The position numbers and the translations under genes are program-made. 64,000 bases of DNA from an uncultured Methanomassiliicoccales archaeon (GTDB lineage: Archaea; Thermoplasmatota; Thermoplasmata; Methanomassiliicoccales; UBA472): NCBI GenBank assembly GCA_963695345.1, contig OY968769.1:1888001-1952000 (forward strand), given 5' to 3'. Below are positions 63,067 to 64,000 of this stretch, one piece after another. The notes below the pieces were generated by a model. The model was not told the DNA's origin and did no database searches. It worked only from the letters and a program-made list of their open reading frames with translations. Positions within the stretch are counted from its first letter, which is position 1. The number at the start of each line of letters is the position of its first letter.

Positions 63067-64000
63067 TCAGCTGATGACGGAGATCTCGCTGGAACCATCG
63101 GCCCTTTCCTTGATCCCAATGACGTTGCCCATGAGGTCCTTGACCTCCTCGAGGTGGGTGATGAGAATGATCTGGCCGAATTGCTTTGAGAGGCCGGTGA
63201 AGGTCTGCATGATGTTCCTCTTGCGGATCGTGTCCTGAGAGCCGAAGATCTCGTCCAGCACGAGGAAGTTGATGTTGCTCCCGGAGCGCTCCGCTATCAC
63301 TCGGGATATCGCCAGGCGCAGGCACAGGTTGGCCAGGTCCGCCTCGCCACCGGAGAACCGGTCCAACGGATACTTCTGGCCCTTGTCGTAGACGTTGATG
63401 TTGTATTCCTCGTCCAGCTCCATGCCGTTGTATTTTGCCTCGGTGAGCTCCTCAAAGAGGGCGGAGGATATCTCGGACAATGTCGGGATTATGCGTGAGA
63501 TGACGTTCGAACGGAACATGCGCATCACATCGCTCAGGACCATCAGGGTCTCGCTCTCGTTCTGAACCGCGCCCGCCCTTGACTCCACCTCGGCCAGCTG
63601 CTTCAGTTGGTCTTCCCTTCGGGATATCTCGGCCTTCTTTCTGTCGATGGCGTTCTGGAGGCCATACGTCTCCTTGGCCTTCGCCTCCCGCCTGTCCCGG
63701 ACCTCGACATAGGTGCGTTTCACCTTTTCCAACTGTTCATCGCTGTGGCCGGAGATCGTCATCCGCTCCTGTGCCAGTCTCAGTTCCTCCTGCTCCGTTC
63801 CGATCTGCCTTTCCAGGGAGGCCCGCTGGGATTCCACCTCCGGCAGGCGCCTCGCCTCGATGGTCAGTTGATTGTACTGGTCGGCTATCCTTTTCAGTTC
63901 CCCGAGCTCCTTCTTGAGCCGTTCATAGGCGACGGCATCGAAGTCGACCGTACCGATCCGGGCGATCGCTGATTCAGCATCAGCCATGTCGGTCCTGACG
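63067..64000 (-). CDS. Rad50/SbcC SMC-family ATPase, C-terminal part (5' end off the window)
   Basis: Coiled coil followed by FSGGE signature, LVLDEIFGSQD and LITH. Confidence 0.9.
   Translation of the reverse strand, partial: VRTDMADAESAIARIGTVDFDAVAYERLKKELGELKRIADQYNQLTIEARRLPEVESQRASLERQIGTEQEELRLAQERMTISGHSDEQLEKVKRTYVEVRDRREAKAKETYGLQNAIDRKKAEISRREDQLKQLAEVESRAGAVQNESETLMVLSDVMRMFRSNVISRIIPTLSEISSALFEELTEAKYNGMELDEEYNINVYDKGQKYPLDRFSGGEADLANLCLRLAISRVIAERSGSNINFLVLDEIFGSQDTIRKRNIMQTFTGLSKQFGQIILITHLEEVKDLMGNVIGIKERADGSSEISVIS

Overview
Archaeal chromosomal window, most consistent with a Methanomassiliicoccales/Thermoplasmatota genome. This is inferred from stand-alone 5S genes, ArcS, Bud32, RadB, Hef, an ipk-fni-idsA cluster and ADP-forming acetate-CoA ligase. 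Most of it is housekeeping: isoprenoid synthesis, pyrBI, truD, rpoL, DNA ligase, Rad50 and amtB-glnK. It also carries several large surface or scaffold proteins (FG-GAP/PKD, BspA-LRR, TPR, FN3, transglutaminase-like) and two histidine kinases. RNA genes are two tandem 5S rRNAs and an intron-containing tRNA-Gly(TCC). Many genes are split by small indels clustered in blocks, which I read as uncorrected long-read errors rather than pseudogenes. The strongest novelty candidate is a ~345-nt, extensively base-paired intergenic element at 55995-56339 (minus strand). It has nested closing helices, a possible kissing-loop pseudoknot and a U-tract end, and I cannot match it to SRP, RNase P, tmRNA or rRNA. 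Other leads are a tusA-dsrE2-dsrH-dsrE-dsrF sulfur-relay operon with twin palindromic operators and a divergent Cys-rich regulator, an NrpR-box amtB-glnK-histidine kinase operon, and a giant adhesin with a cytoplasmic roadblock/longin-like tail. All calls were made by eye; no searches or folding programs were run.
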